A DNA stretch of 64,000 bases from Jatrophihabitantaceae bacterium (GTDB lineage Bacteria; Actinomycetota; Actinomycetes; Mycobacteriales; Jatrophihabitantaceae). This document shows, piece after piece, positions 18,222 through 28,001 of this stretch. Below the pieces are notes generated by a model that worked only from the letters and a program-made list of their open reading frames with translations, was not told where the DNA came from and searched no databases. The stretch lies in the NCBI GenBank assembly GCA_036502695.1, contig DASXYE010000090.1, positions 353 through 64,352 of the forward strand, read 5' to 3'. The number at the start of each line of letters is the position of its first letter. Position 1 is the first letter of the stretch. The position numbers were made by a program, and so were the translations under genes.

Positions 18222-19136
18222 TCAGCGCACGAGGTGGGCACCCAGCTGGTCGACCGCGATCGACTCGACCCGCCAACCGTCCGGTCCATGGGCCACTGCC
18301 GCCGTCGCCTCGGCCGAACCACGAGCCAGCACCAGCACGCTCGGCCCGGCGCCGGACACGACCGCCGGCAGCCCGGCCGCGCGCAGCTTGCCGACCAACG
18401 CTGCACTTTCGGGCATCGCATCGGCCCGGTACGACTGGTGCAGCCGGTCGTCGGTGGCCGCCAGCAGCGCGTTCGGGCGTCCACTGAGCGCCGCCATGAG
18501 CAGGGCCGACCGGGACACGTTGAACGCGGCGTCGGCGTGCGGCACCTGCTCGGGCAGCAGGCCGCGGGCTTCCTCGGTGGACGTCGCCGTCGGCGGGATC
18601 AGCACCACCGGCGAGATCGCGGGGTCGACGCCCAGCCGGGTCGCCTCGACCCGGCCGTCGTCGCCGGTCCAGGCAACGGTCAGCCCGCCGAGCAGGCAGG
18701 CGGCGACGTTGTCCGGGTGGCCCTCCAGTTCGGCGGCCAGAGCGAGCACCTCGTCGTCGGGCAGGTTGTTGTCGCCGCCCACGACCAGGGCCCGGCCGAT
18801 CAGGACGCCGGCGGCGACGGCCGCCGCGGACGAGCCGAGGCCCCGCCCGTGCGGGATGCGGTTGGCGCATACCAGCTCGATGCCGCGCGGCTGGCCGCCG
18901 AACTGCTCGAACACGGCCCGCATCGACCGCACGACCAGGTGCGCGTCGTCGTGCGGGACGTCGTCGGCGCCCTCACCGGCGACGTCCAGCACCAGGCCGT
19001 CGTCGCCGATGCGCGCCACCACGTCGTCGTACAGCGCGAGAGCCAGGCCCAGCGTGTCGAAACCGGGGCCGAGGTTGGCGCTGCTGGCGGGCACGCGGGC
19101 GTGGATCGTCCCGGCACGGAAAGCAGGTTTGGGCAT
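18222..19136 (-). CDS. thrB: homoserine kinase
   Basis: ATG at 19136. GHMP kinase motifs SSANLGPGFD and PHGRGLGSSAAA. Confidence 0.93.
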   Translation of the reverse strand: MPKPAFRAGTIHARVPASSANLGPGFDTLGLALALYDDVVARIGDDGLVLDVAGEGADDVPHDDAHLVVRSMRAVFEQFGGQPRGIELVCANRIPHGRGLGSSAAAVAAGVLIGRALVVGGDNNLPDDEVLALAAELEGHPDNVAACLLGGLTVAWTGDDGRVEATRLGVDPAISPVVLIPPTATSTEEARGLLPEQVPHADAAFNVSRSALLMAALSGRPNALLAATDDRLHQSYRADAMPESAALVGKLRAAGLPAVVSGAGPSVLVLARGSAEATAAVAHGPDGWRVESIAVDQLGAHLVR

Positions 19137-19137
19137 C

Positions 19138-19308
19138 AGGCCGTGTCTCCTATGTCCCGCTCGTCGCGAGCGGCGGTCAGGTGCGCTGCAAGACTGTGCC
19201 AGCCAGTCGAGGAGGCCGATACCGCACTTGTATCGGCGGCGACGACAACGCAGCAGGTCGCGTGCCTGAGCGTCGCGCAGCAGAGCATGGGCATAGGAGA
19301 CACGGCCT
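19138..19308 (-). promoter_or_regulatory. long-range RNA helix between the thrC stop region and the thrB Shine-Dalgarno sequence
   Basis: 17-bp perfect inverted repeat AGGCCGTGTCTCCTATG (19138-19154) / CATAGGAGACACGGCCT (19292-19308). On the mRNA the distal arm contains AGGAGA 9 nt before the thrB ATG, and the proximal arm starts inside the thrC UAG. Confidence 0.6.
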
Positions 19309-20377
19309 AAGCCAATCCTAGGTGGACGGCGGCGGCGAGGCCGTCGACGGGAACGGTGATCGGTTTGGGCGCGCCGGAGATGGCCCACTCCGGGTCCTTG
19401 AGGCCGTGCCCGGTGAGGGTGCACACCACCACCGACCCGGCCGGCAACCGGCCGTCGCCGGCGGTGGCCAGCAGGCCGGCGACGCTGGCCGCCGATGCCG
19501 GCTCGACGAACACGCCTTCGCTGCGGGCCAGCAGCCGGTACGCCTCGAGGATCTGTTTGTCGGTCACGGCGTCGATCAGTCCACGTGACTCGTCCCGCGC
19601 GGTCTCGGCACTGGTCCACGAGGCGGGGTTGCCGATGCGGATCGCCGTGGCGATCGTCATGGGCGCGAGCACCGGTGCGCCGAGCACGATCGGGGCGGCG
19701 CCGGCCGCCTGGAAGCCGAACATCCGCGGGGTGGCGTCGACGATCCCGTCGTCCTGGTATTCGGAGTAGCCCTTCCAGTACGCGGTGATGTTGCCGGCGT
19801 TGCCCACGGGGATGCAGTGCACGTCCGGGGCACGGCCCAGCGCGTCGCAGATCTCGAAGGCGGCGGTCTTCTGACCCTGGATGCGGAACGGGTTCACCGA
19901 GTTGACCAGCGCCACCGGGTAGTCGACGGCGAGCTTGCGGGCCAGTTCCAGGCAGTCGTCGAAGTTGCCGTCGACCTGCAGCAGCGAGGCCCCGTGCACG
20001 AGCGCCTGCGCCATCTTGCCGAGCGCGATCTTGCCCTGCGGGACGAGTACCGCGCAGGTCATGCCGGCGCGGACCGCGTAGGCGGCGGCGCTGGCACTCG
20101 TGTTCCCGGTGGACGCGCAGATGACCGCCTTGGCGCCCTCGGCCGCGGCCTGCGAGATCGCCACCGTCATGCCGCGGTCCTTGAACGAACCGGTCGGGTT
20201 GGCGCCCTCGACCTTGAGGTACACCTCGCAGCTCGTCTTCGCCGACAGCATCGGCGCCGGTACCAGCGGGGTGCCGCCCTCGAACAGGGTGATCACCGGG
20301 GTGTCGTCGGTGACGGGCAACCGCGCGCGGTACGCCTCGATCACCCCGGGCCAGCGGGTTGGACGGGTCTCAGCCAC
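19307..20377 (-). CDS. thrC: threonine synthase
   Basis: PLP-lysine motif [12 protein letters not shown]. The GTG start at 20377 overlaps the hom stop by 8 nt. Confidence 0.95.
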   Translation of the reverse strand: MAETRPTRWPGVIEAYRARLPVTDDTPVITLFEGGTPLVPAPMLSAKTSCEVYLKVEGANPTGSFKDRGMTVAISQAAAEGAKAVICASTGNTSASAAAYAVRAGMTCAVLVPQGKIALGKMAQALVHGASLLQVDGNFDDCLELARKLAVDYPVALVNSVNPFRIQGQKTAAFEICDALGRAPDVHCIPVGNAGNITAYWKGYSEYQDDGIVDATPRMFGFQAAGAAPIVLGAPVLAPMTIATAIRIGNPASWTSAETARDESRGLIDAVTDKQILEAYRLLARSEGVFVEPASAASVAGLLATAGDGRLPAGSVVVCTLTGHGLKDPEWAISGAPKPITVPVDGLAAAVHLGLA

Positions 20378-21644
20378 CGGGCATCCCCTCGACCCGCATC
20401 ACGCTGGCGACGCGGCGGATGTAGTCCAGGCCGGTCAGCCGGTCGACCGTCTTGGCCAGCGCCGAGTCGACCGCGCTGTGCGTCACGAGCACCAACTTCG
20501 CGGCGTCCTCGCGCCCCTCTTGGCGGACGGTCTGGATGCTGACGTCCTGCTCGGCGAACGCCCCCGCGACACCGGCCAGTACGCCCGGCCGGTCGGCGAC
20601 GTCCAGGGCCACGTGGTAGCGGGTGCGGACGTCGTCCATGGGCTGGACGGGCAGTTCGGCATAGGCACTCTCACCGGCGCCGCGGTTGCCGCTGACCCGG
20701 TTGCGGGCAACCGCCACGAGGTCGCCCAGCACGGCGCTCGCGGTCGGCGCTCCCCCGGCGCCGCGGCCGTAGAACATCAGCGATCCGGCGGCAGCGGCCT
20801 CGACGAACACCGCGTTGAACGCGTCGCCGACGGCGGCCAGCGGGTGGGCGCGCGGGATCATCGCCGGGTGCACGCGCGCCACGACGGCGTCGTCCGTGCG
20901 CTCGCAGATGGCCAGCAGCTTGATCGTGCAGCCCATCGCCTTGGCACTGGCCATGTCGGCGGCGGTGACCTCGCCGATGCCTTCGCGGTAGACGTTGTTC
21001 GCGGTGACCCGGGTGTGGAACGCCAGCCCGGCCAGGATCGCCGCCTTGGCCGCGGCGTCGTAGCCGTCCACGTCGGCGGTCGGGTCGGCCTCGGCATAGC
21101 CCAGCGCGGTGGCCTCGGCCAGCGCCTCGTCGAAGCTCGCGCCGGTGGCGTCCATCCGCGACAGGATGTAGTTCGTGGTGCCGTTGACGATGCCGATGAC
21201 CCGGTTGATGCGATCACCGGCCAGCGACTCGCGCAGCGGACGCAGCAGTGGGATCGCACCGGCCACGGCGGCCTCGTAGTACAGGTCGACCTCCGCCGCG
21301 GCCGCTGCCTCGTGCAGGGCCGCGCCGTGGTCGGCCAGCAAGGCTTTGTTGGCACTCACCACGCTCTTGCCGCGGTGCAGCGCGTCGAGCAGCAACGTCC
21401 GTACCGGCTCGATGCCGCCGATCACCTCGACCACGACGTCGACGTCGTCGCGGGCGACGAGCGCCTCGGCGTCGGTGGTGAGCAGTTCGGCCGGCACGTC
21501 GGTGTGCCGCTGCGGGCGGCGCACTGCCACACCGACGAGCTCGAGCGGCGCGCCGATCCGAGCGGTCAGATCGTCGGCCTGCTCGTTCAGCAATCGCACG
21601 ACCTGCGAGCCGACCACGCCGCAGCCGAGCAGGGCCACCCTCAT
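20370..21644 (-). CDS. hom: homoserine dehydrogenase
   Basis: N-terminal Rossmann motif [11 protein letters not shown], a catalytic domain and a C-terminal ACT domain. The ATG overlaps the lysA stop (ATGA). Confidence 0.95.
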   Translation of the reverse strand: MRVALLGCGVVGSQVVRLLNEQADDLTARIGAPLELVGVAVRRPQRHTDVPAELLTTDAEALVARDDVDVVVEVIGGIEPVRTLLLDALHRGKSVVSANKALLADHGAALHEAAAAAEVDLYYEAAVAGAIPLLRPLRESLAGDRINRVIGIVNGTTNYILSRMDATGASFDEALAEATALGYAEADPTADVDGYDAAAKAAILAGLAFHTRVTANNVYREGIGEVTAADMASAKAMGCTIKLLAICERTDDAVVARVHPAMIPRAHPLAAVGDAFNAVFVEAAAAGSLMFYGRGAGGAPTASAVLGDLVAVARNRVSGNRGAGESAYAELPVQPMDDVRTRYHVALDVADRPGVLAGVAGAFAEQDVSIQTVRQEGREDAAKLVLVTHSAVDSALAKTVDRLTGLDYIRRVASVMRVEGMPGG

Positions 21645-23047
21645 CGGGTGATCCCCGCGTCCAGGCGGAGCAGGTCGTCCTCGGTTTCCCTACGCACCAG
21701 TACGGTCGCCATACCATCGCGTACGGAAACCACGGGTGGACGCGGAACGTGGTTGTAGTTACTGGCCATGCTGCGGCAGTACGCGCCGGTGGCCGCCACC
21801 GCCAGCAGGTCGCCCGGGCCGACGTCGGCGGGCAGCCACGTGTCGCGCACCACGATGTCGCCGCTCTCGCAGTGCTTTCCGACGATCCGGGCCAGCTTGG
21901 CCTTCGCCGTCGACGCGCGGTTCGCCAGCGTGCACGTGTACGTGGCGTCGTACAGGGCGGTGCGGATGTTGTCGCTCATGCCGCCGTCGACGGAGACGTA
22001 GGACCGGGTCTGGCCGCCGTCGAGCACGACGTCCTTGACGGTGCCTACCTCGTAGACGGTGATCGCGGCCGGACCGACGATGGCGCGCCCCGGCTCGACA
22101 CACACGCGCGGCGGCGTCAGGTCGGCGGCTCGGCACTCGCGTTCGACGATGGCCGTCAATCGCTGGGCGATCTCCTTCGGCGACTCGGGATCGTCGCCGG
22201 TCACGTAGGCGATGCCCAGCCCGCCGCCGAGGTTCAGCTCGCCGACCTCGACGCCGTGCCGATCGCGGATCGTGGCCGCCAGCTCGACAACGCGATGCGC
22301 GGCGATCTCGAAGCCGGCGGTGTCGAAGATCTGCGAGCCGATGTGCGAGTGCAGCCCAACCAGTTCGAGACTCTCGGCGGCCAATACGGCAGCGACGGCC
22401 CGTTCGGCCTGCCCGCCGGACAGCGAGAACCCGAACTTCTGGTCCTCGTGGGCGGTGGCGATGAACTCGTGGGTGTGCGCCTCGACACCGACCGTGACCC
22501 GGACGAGCACCTTCTGCCGAATCCCCGCCGCGGCGGAAATCTCAGCCAGCCTGTCTATCTCGGAGAACGAGTCGACGATGATCTGCCCGACCCGCGCCTC
22601 GACGGCCGCCTGCAACTCGCCGCGCGACTTATTGTTGCCGTGCACGCCGAGTCGCTCGCTGGGGAAACCGGCCGCGACTGCGACAGCCAGCTCGCCGCCC
22701 GTGCACACGTCCAGGCCGAGCCCTTCGTCGGCGATCCAGCGGGCGACCGTCGTACACAGAAAGGCCTTGCCGGCGTAGTACACGGTGCCGCCGCCGAACG
22801 CGGTGGCGTACGCGCGGGCCCGGTCACGCAGGTCGGCCTCGTCGAGGAACAGCGCCGGCGTGCCGTGCTGGGCCACCAGCTCCGAGACGGGGACGCCGCC
22901 CAGGTGCAGTGCGCCGTCGATCCGGCGCACCGAGCCCGGCCAGATCGCCGACGCCAGCGCGTTGAGGTCATCCGGGGGCGTGGCCGGCAGATGCTCGGCC
23001 AGCACCGACCCCGAGCGTGGCCCCGCCGGGTGCGCCGACCGGCTCAT
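21641..23047 (-). CDS. lysA: diaminopimelate decarboxylase
   Basis: Group IV PLP decarboxylase with YAGKAF (PLP lysine), GGGLGI and CESGD motifs. Confidence 0.95.
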   Translation of the reverse strand: MSRSAHPAGPRSGSVLAEHLPATPPDDLNALASAIWPGSVRRIDGALHLGGVPVSELVAQHGTPALFLDEADLRDRARAYATAFGGGTVYYAGKAFLCTTVARWIADEGLGLDVCTGGELAVAVAAGFPSERLGVHGNNKSRGELQAAVEARVGQIIVDSFSEIDRLAEISAAAGIRQKVLVRVTVGVEAHTHEFIATAHEDQKFGFSLSGGQAERAVAAVLAAESLELVGLHSHIGSQIFDTAGFEIAAHRVVELAATIRDRHGVEVGELNLGGGLGIAYVTGDDPESPKEIAQRLTAIVERECRAADLTPPRVCVEPGRAIVGPAAITVYEVGTVKDVVLDGGQTRSYVSVDGGMSDNIRTALYDATYTCTLANRASTAKAKLARIVGKHCESGDIVVRDTWLPADVGPGDLLAVAATGAYCRSMASNYNHVPRPPVVSVRDGMATVLVRRETEDDLLRLDAGITR

Positions 23048-23054
23048 CGATCTA

Positions 23055-23220
23055 CCCCGCCTTTCGCGGATCTGCTTGTGGACCCCTCGCAGGCTCGGGG
23101 CCCAACGCAGATCCGCACCGCTCCTTCGTCGCGGGCCGCGTCGCGGCGGCGGGGCTCTTCGCGCGAGCGCTCATCGCGTTCGTGGTCGGGTTTGCTGTGG
23201 TCGGGTTTGGTGTGGTCGAG
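23055..23220. repeat. structured intergenic repeat, copy B, plus a 15-bp tandem array
   Basis: The repeat core is 23055-23176. It is followed by GTGGTCGGGTTTG(C/G)T repeated 2.6 times (23182-23220). It fills the argS-lysA spacer. Confidence 0.85.
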
Positions 23221-23251
23221 TTCGCCGCTGCTGCGTTCGTTCATCACGGCG

Positions 23252-24904
23252 CTACATCCGCTCGGGGGCGGTGACGGCCAGCAGACCGAGGCCGTTCGCG
23301 AGGACGAGACGAGTGGCCTCGCACAGCCACAGCCGCGCGTCGGTGAGCGCCGTGGCCGGCTCGTCGCCCTGCGGCAGTACCCGACAGGCGTCGTAGAAGC
23401 GGTGGTAGATGCCGGCCAGGTCCTCGAGGTAGTGCGGGATGCGGTGCGGGGCGCGTAGCTCGGCCGCCGCCGCGACGATCCGCGGGAATTCGCCGAGCGC
23501 ACCGAGTAGATCGGCCTCGCGCTCGTGCGTGAGCAGCGACAGATCCGGATCGGCCGACCGGGTGATACCCAGCGAGGCTGCATTCCGGGCCAGCGACGAC
23601 AACCGGGCGTGCGCGTACTGCACGTAGTAGACGGGGTTGTCGTTGGTGCGCTTCGTCAGCACGTCCACGTCGACGTCGAGCGCGGAGTCGATGGCGCCGC
23701 GCACCAGCGAGTACCGAGCGGCGTCGACGCCGACTGCCTCGACCAGATCCAGCAGGGTGACGAAGTTGCCGGTGCGCTTGCCCATCCGGACCGGCTGGCC
23801 GTCCTTGACCAGCCGCACGATCTGCCCGATCAGCACCTCGAACGCGCTCGGGTCGTCGCCGATCGCCTCGGCCGCCGCCTTGAGCCGGCCGATGTAGCCG
23901 TGGTGGTCGGCACCGAGCAGGTAGATGGCCAGGTCGAATCCGCGGGCCCGCTTGTCGGCGGCGTAGGCGATGTCGGCGGCGATGTAGGCCGGCCGGCCGT
24001 CGCTCTTGATGACGACCCGGTCCTTGTCGTCGCCGTAGTCGGACGAGCGCAGCCACCACGCGCCGTCGTCGAAGTAGATCTTGCCGCCGTCCTTGAGCTG
24101 CTGGACGATCTTCTCGACCGCGCCCGAGTCGTGCAGCGAGCTCTCCAGGAAGTAGAGATCGAAGTCGACCCGGAAGTCATGCAGGGTCGCCTTGATCTCG
24201 TCGAACATCACCGGGACGCCCTCGCGCCGGAACACCTCCTGCGCATCGTCTCGAGGCAGGTCGAGCACGCGCGGCACCTTCGCGACGACCGTGGCGGCGA
24301 CTTCGTCGACGTACTCGCCCGGGTAGCCGTCGTCGGGAGTCGGCTCGCCGTGTGCCCGGGCCAGCAGCGAACGGGTGAAGCGGTCGATCTGCGCGCCGTG
24401 GTCGTTGAAGTAGTACTCGCGGGCGACGCCGGCGCCCTGCGCAGCGAGCACCCGGGCCAGCGAGTCGCCCACCGCGGCCCACCGGGCACTCGGCAAGGTG
24501 ACCGGCCCGGTCGGGTTGGCCGAGACGAACTCCAGATTGATGCGCCGGCCGCGGAGCGATTCGCCGTTGCCGTACGCCGGACCGGCCTCGACGATCGTGC
24601 GGGCCAGCTGGCCCAGCGTCGCCGCCGACAGCGTGATGTTGAGGAAGCCCGGCCCGGCGACGTCGACCTTCGCGATGCCGTCGACGGTGCGCAACCGAAC
24701 GGCAATTGCCTCGGCGAGCTCGCGGGGTGGCCGGCCGGCCCCCTTGGCCAGGCGCAGGGCGACGTTGGTGGCGTAGTCGCCGTGGTGGCGGTTCTTCGAC
24801 CGTTCGATGACGACCTCGCTGGGTCGCGTTCCGGTGAACTCCCCCGCGTCGAGGCAGGCGGTGACAGCCGTCAGGACGGCAGCGGCGAGTTCACTGGGGT
24901 TCAC
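23252..24904 (-). CDS. argS: arginine--tRNA ligase
   Basis: 550 aa class I aaRS with a HIGH-like [13 protein letters not shown] region and a C-terminal DALR anticodon-binding domain (YVQYAHAR). Confidence 0.95.
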   Translation of the reverse strand: MNPSELAAAVLTAVTACLDAGEFTGTRPSEVVIERSKNRHHGDYATNVALRLAKGAGRPPRELAEAIAVRLRTVDGIAKVDVAGPGFLNITLSAATLGQLARTIVEAGPAYGNGESLRGRRINLEFVSANPTGPVTLPSARWAAVGDSLARVLAAQGAGVAREYYFNDHGAQIDRFTRSLLARAHGEPTPDDGYPGEYVDEVAATVVAKVPRVLDLPRDDAQEVFRREGVPVMFDEIKATLHDFRVDFDLYFLESSLHDSGAVEKIVQQLKDGGKIYFDDGAWWLRSSDYGDDKDRVVIKSDGRPAYIAADIAYAADKRARGFDLAIYLLGADHHGYIGRLKAAAEAIGDDPSAFEVLIGQIVRLVKDGQPVRMGKRTGNFVTLLDLVEAVGVDAARYSLVRGAIDSALDVDVDVLTKRTNDNPVYYVQYAHARLSSLARNAASLGITRSADPDLSLLTHEREADLLGALGEFPRIVAAAAELRAPHRIPHYLEDLAGIYHRFYDACRVLPQGDEPATALTDARLWLCEATRLVLANGLGLLAVTAPERM

Positions 24905-25048
24905 TTGAGGAATCCTAGTGGCCGGTGCCCCTGGATTTGCCGGCCGCCCGGTGGTTGCCCGGTCGCCGCCCAGTGGCCGACCGACGGCTCACACCCGGGC
25001 AACCTACACTAGGCGCGATTTCGTCATCCGTGCCCAGAAGGCAGGCCC

Positions 25049-25813
25049 ATGGCCCAGCGTAAGCCCCCGACCAAGCCGAGCAAGTCCGCTCCCAAGGCGG
25101 CCAAGTCCGTCCCGACCCGCCCCGCGGCCAAGCCGCCGACGAAGCGGCCGCCGACGAAGCCCGGCAAGTCGATCGTCAACCAGAAGCAGACCCCCTGGGC
25201 CCTGATCGCCGGTGTCGTCGTCATCGTGCTCTTTGCCGGCGGGATCATCGCGTACGCGGTGACCCAGCATAAGTCGAGCAAGAGCGGCGACAGCTTCCTG
25301 AGTGAGCTGGCGGCCGCGAAGGCGATTCCCGGCCTCACGTTCAAGACGGAAGCCAGCCGCGATCACATCGCGAGCGGCACGGTCAACTACGACTCCAGCC
25401 CGCCGGTCGGCGGAGACCACAGCCCTTACTGGGCCGACTGCACCGGCACGGTCTACGCCGACGCCATCGCCAACGAGAATGCCGTGCACATGCTCGAGCA
25501 CGGCGCGGTGTGGATCACCTACAAGCCCGGCCTGGCCAAGGCCGACGTCAGCACCCTGTCGAAGCTGGTGAGCGGCCAGGACCGGATGGCGATGAGCCCC
25601 TACCCCGGCCTGAAGACCAACATCTCCTTGCAGGCCTGGGGTTATCAGCTCTTCGTCGACAAGGCCTCCGATCCCCGGATCCAGCAGTTCATCGACACGT
25701 TGCGCTACAACCCGAAGACCACGCCCGAGTACGGCGCCGACTGCTCGCAGCCCACGTTCAAGACCCATCCGAGCACGTTCGGGCACCCGCTGTTCGCGCC
25801 GGTCAGCGGCTGA
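25049..25813 (+). CDS. DUF3105-like membrane-anchored protein
   Basis: K/P-rich N-terminus, one TM helix, then the conserved blocks YDSSPPVGGDHSP and NAVHMLEHGAVWITY typical of DUF3105. Confidence 0.8.
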   Translation: MAQRKPPTKPSKSAPKAAKSVPTRPAAKPPTKRPPTKPGKSIVNQKQTPWALIAGVVVIVLFAGGIIAYAVTQHKSSKSGDSFLSELAAAKAIPGLTFKTEASRDHIASGTVNYDSSPPVGGDHSPYWADCTGTVYADAIANENAVHMLEHGAVWITYKPGLAKADVSTLSKLVSGQDRMAMSPYPGLKTNISLQAWGYQLFVDKASDPRIQQFIDTLRYNPKTTPEYGADCSQPTFKTHPSTFGHPLFAPVSG

Positions 25814-25816
25814 CCG

Positions 25817-26497
25817 ATGAGCGTCGAGCTGCAGGCACCACCGGCCGGCGACGAGAGCACGCCGTCGCGTCGTCCGGTGGTGCTGCTGCTCGTCGGCATC
25901 CTGGCGGTCGCCGCGCTGGCGATCGCCGGCACGGTCGGCTGGCTGATCGGCAACGACGGCGACGGGTCCGCGACGCCGGCCGAGTCGTCGGTCGACGCCG
26001 GCTTCGCCCGGGACATGTCGACCCACCACACCCAGGCGATCGACATGGCCAACTACACGCGTGATGCGACGAGTGACAAGAGCATCCAGATCCTGGCGCG
26101 CGACATCGAGACCGAGCAGTACTTCCAGGTCGGCGAGATGCAGGGTTGGCTCGATACCTGGGGGCTGTCGCGGACGTCGAAGCAGCCGGTCATGTCCTGG
26201 ATGGCCGGCCACAACCACCTGGAATCCGACGGCCTCATGCCGGGCATGGCCACGCCGGACGAGATGGACAAGCTCGAGACTATGACTGGCAAGGCGCTGG
26301 ACATCTACTTCTTGCAGCTGATGATCCGGCACCACCAGGGCGGCTTGCCGATGGCGCAGTACGGCGCCGAGCACGCGAAGGAACCCTACGTCCGCAACCT
26401 CGCCCAGAAGATGGTGCAGGCGCAGAGCAACGAGATCGTGCAGATGGAACAGCTGCTGCGCACGCTCGGCGGATCACCGCTGGCCGCCCCGAGCTGA
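25817..26497 (+). CDS. DUF305 family protein (four-helix-bundle, metal-associated)
   Basis: Duplicated DxxFxxxMxxHHxxAIxM-type motif (DAGFARDMSTHHTQAIDMA and DIYFLQLMIRHHQGGLPMA). It starts 4 nt after the DUF3105 gene. Confidence 0.85.
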   Translation: MSVELQAPPAGDESTPSRRPVVLLLVGILAVAALAIAGTVGWLIGNDGDGSATPAESSVDAGFARDMSTHHTQAIDMANYTRDATSDKSIQILARDIETEQYFQVGEMQGWLDTWGLSRTSKQPVMSWMAGHNHLESDGLMPGMATPDEMDKLETMTGKALDIYFLQLMIRHHQGGLPMAQYGAEHAKEPYVRNLAQKMVQAQSNEIVQMEQLLRTLGGSPLAAPS

Positions 26498-26922
26498 TGA
26501 CGACCGGCACGGTCCACATCGTCGGACGGCAGCTGCCCGGCGCCACCTGGGACGGCCGGCACAACGTCCACATCGGCGTGCAGCGCCGCAGCGAAGTGAT
26601 CGACCTGGTGCGCGCGGACGCCACCCGGGCCGAGTTCGACGTGCCGATCGATGTCGCGGACGGCGACTACCGCGGGCCGTTCGTGCACGGCCCGCGCGCG
26701 CAGCGGTTCGTCTACCTGAGCTGGGGCGAGCGGGCCCCCGACGGCACTTTCACCATGTTCCGTAGGGCCAAACTCCGATTGGGGCTGATGCCGTCAGCCG
26801 TCGCCGACGCGCTGGCCACGGGTGCCACCGTCCACGCCGAGTTGCCGTTGACGGATGCCGGCGGCGGACCGCTCGCCGCATCCGTCCCACCCGAGCTGAT
26901 CACCTGGACGGTCCCGGGCTAG
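26497..26922 (+). CDS. conserved hypothetical protein (141 aa)
   Basis: The ATG shares one nucleotide with the DUF305 stop (TGATG). High GC3. I could not assign a family from sequence alone. Confidence 0.65.
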   Translation: MTTGTVHIVGRQLPGATWDGRHNVHIGVQRRSEVIDLVRADATRAEFDVPIDVADGDYRGPFVHGPRAQRFVYLSWGERAPDGTFTMFRRAKLRLGLMPSAVADALATGATVHAELPLTDAGGGPLAASVPPELITWTVPG

Positions 26923-26928
26923 CGCCAC

Positions 26929-26955
26929 GGCCCGACGCCGGCGCGGCGTCGGGCC
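26929..26955 (+). terminator. GC-rich hairpin after the DUF3105/DUF305 operon
   Basis: GGCCCGACGCC, loop GGCGC, then GGCGTCGGGCC, 7 nt after the stop. There is no U-tract, as is common in actinobacteria. Confidence 0.55.
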
Positions 26956-27011
26956 GGCGTCCGCCCGACACGGGCGCAACGACCCCGGCTGCTAGGCTGT
27001 CACGGTTTGCA

Positions 27012-27084
27012 GCCCCCGTAGCTCAGGGGATAGAGCACCGCCCTCCGGAGGCGGGAGCGCAGGTTCGAATCCTGCCGGGGGCGC
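27012..27084 (+). tRNA. tRNA-Arg (anticodon CCG)
   Basis: Cloverleaf read by eye: acceptor GCCCCCG/CGGGGGC, D-arm GCTCAGGGGATAGAGC, anticodon stem CCGCC/GGCGG with loop CTCCGGA, T-arm GCAGGTTCGAATCCTGC. CCA is not encoded. Confidence 0.9.
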
Positions 27085-27121
27085 ACATCACGTCCGGGCG
27101 CTGCAGCCAGACGGCCCGGCT

Positions 27122-27862
27122 TCACGTCAGGTGACGGGCGAAGAACCGGCTCCCATCGTCCCCCTCGAACTGCGGGACGCCGGTGTGCCCGCCCATGTTG
27201 GCGTGCAACGTCTTCTCGGGGGAACCGAAGGCGTCGAACAGGTCCAGGGCCAGTTGCCGGTCGTTTCCTTCGTCGTCCCACTGCAGCAGGACGTGCAGCG
27301 GAATGGTGACCTGCCGGGCCTCGTCGAACATGGCGCGGGGCACGAAGCTCCCGGCGAACAGCAGGGCGGCCGCGATGCGCGGCTCGACCACCGCCAGCCG
27401 GACGCCGATGGCAATCACCCCGCCGGCGAGCCCGACCGGGCCGCCGATCTCGGGCAGCGCAAGGAGGGCGTCCAGGGCGGCCTGCCATTCCGGGACCGCA
27501 TGGTCGACCAGCGGGAGGATGAGCCGGTCGACGATGTCGTCGTCGACGGGCTGGCCGGCCGCCAACGCCCGGCGCAGGTCGGCGCGAGCCTGCTCGGCGA
27601 CGGCGGAACGGGGCCGGGCACCGCTGCCGGGGAGCTCGATGGTGGCCGCGGCGTAGCCATCGGCCGCGGCGCGCCGGGCCCGGGCCGCCAGCCGGGGATA
27701 CATCTTGGCCAGTCCACCGGGGTGGCCGAGCAGGATCAGCGGGGCCGGTGCGGACGGCGCGGACGCCGATCCGGGCGTCCACAGGATGCCGGGGATCTCG
27801 CCGAGGGTGAATTCGCGTTCGAGGACGCCGTCGTCGAGGCGCTGTTCGGAAGTGAAGTCCAT
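27122..27862 (-). CDS. alpha/beta hydrolase (dienelactone-hydrolase-like)
   Basis: 246 aa. ATG at 27862 after GAAAGG. Fold-level similarity only (LILLGHPGG, GGVIAIG nucleophile-elbow-like). Confidence 0.7.
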   Translation of the reverse strand: MDFTSEQRLDDGVLEREFTLGEIPGILWTPGSASAPSAPAPLILLGHPGGLAKMYPRLAARARRAAADGYAAATIELPGSGARPRSAVAEQARADLRRALAAGQPVDDDIVDRLILPLVDHAVPEWQAALDALLALPEIGGPVGLAGGVIAIGVRLAVVEPRIAAALLFAGSFVPRAMFDEARQVTIPLHVLLQWDDEGNDRQLALDLFDAFGSPEKTLHANMGGHTGVPQFEGDDGSRFFARHLT

Positions 27863-28001
27863 GGTCGGACCTTTCGGGAGTGCTCGTGAACGGCGCTCCC
27901 GGACGACCTATCGTCCGACCGTGACCCCCGAGGGGAGCACCCCTGTCGATACTGCGTTCACGGGTACCACCTCCTCGATCTCTCGCACGGCTAGCGTGAA
28001 A

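Noticed and set aside
19136-19294. The thrC-thrB small ORF as a classical threonine attenuation leader peptide.
   Set aside because: The peptide has no run of Thr or Ile codons, it lies between thrC and thrB and not upstream of the operon, and its GC3 is below the genomic coding norm. It is kept only as a possible ribosome relay in the long-range helix finding.
24905-25048. Inverted repeat GGTTGCCCGG..CCGGGCAACC in the argS / DUF3105 divergent spacer as a T-box or other argS leader element.
   Set aside because: No T-box specifier or T-box sequence features are present. The short GC-rich arms are within chance expectation for this base composition.
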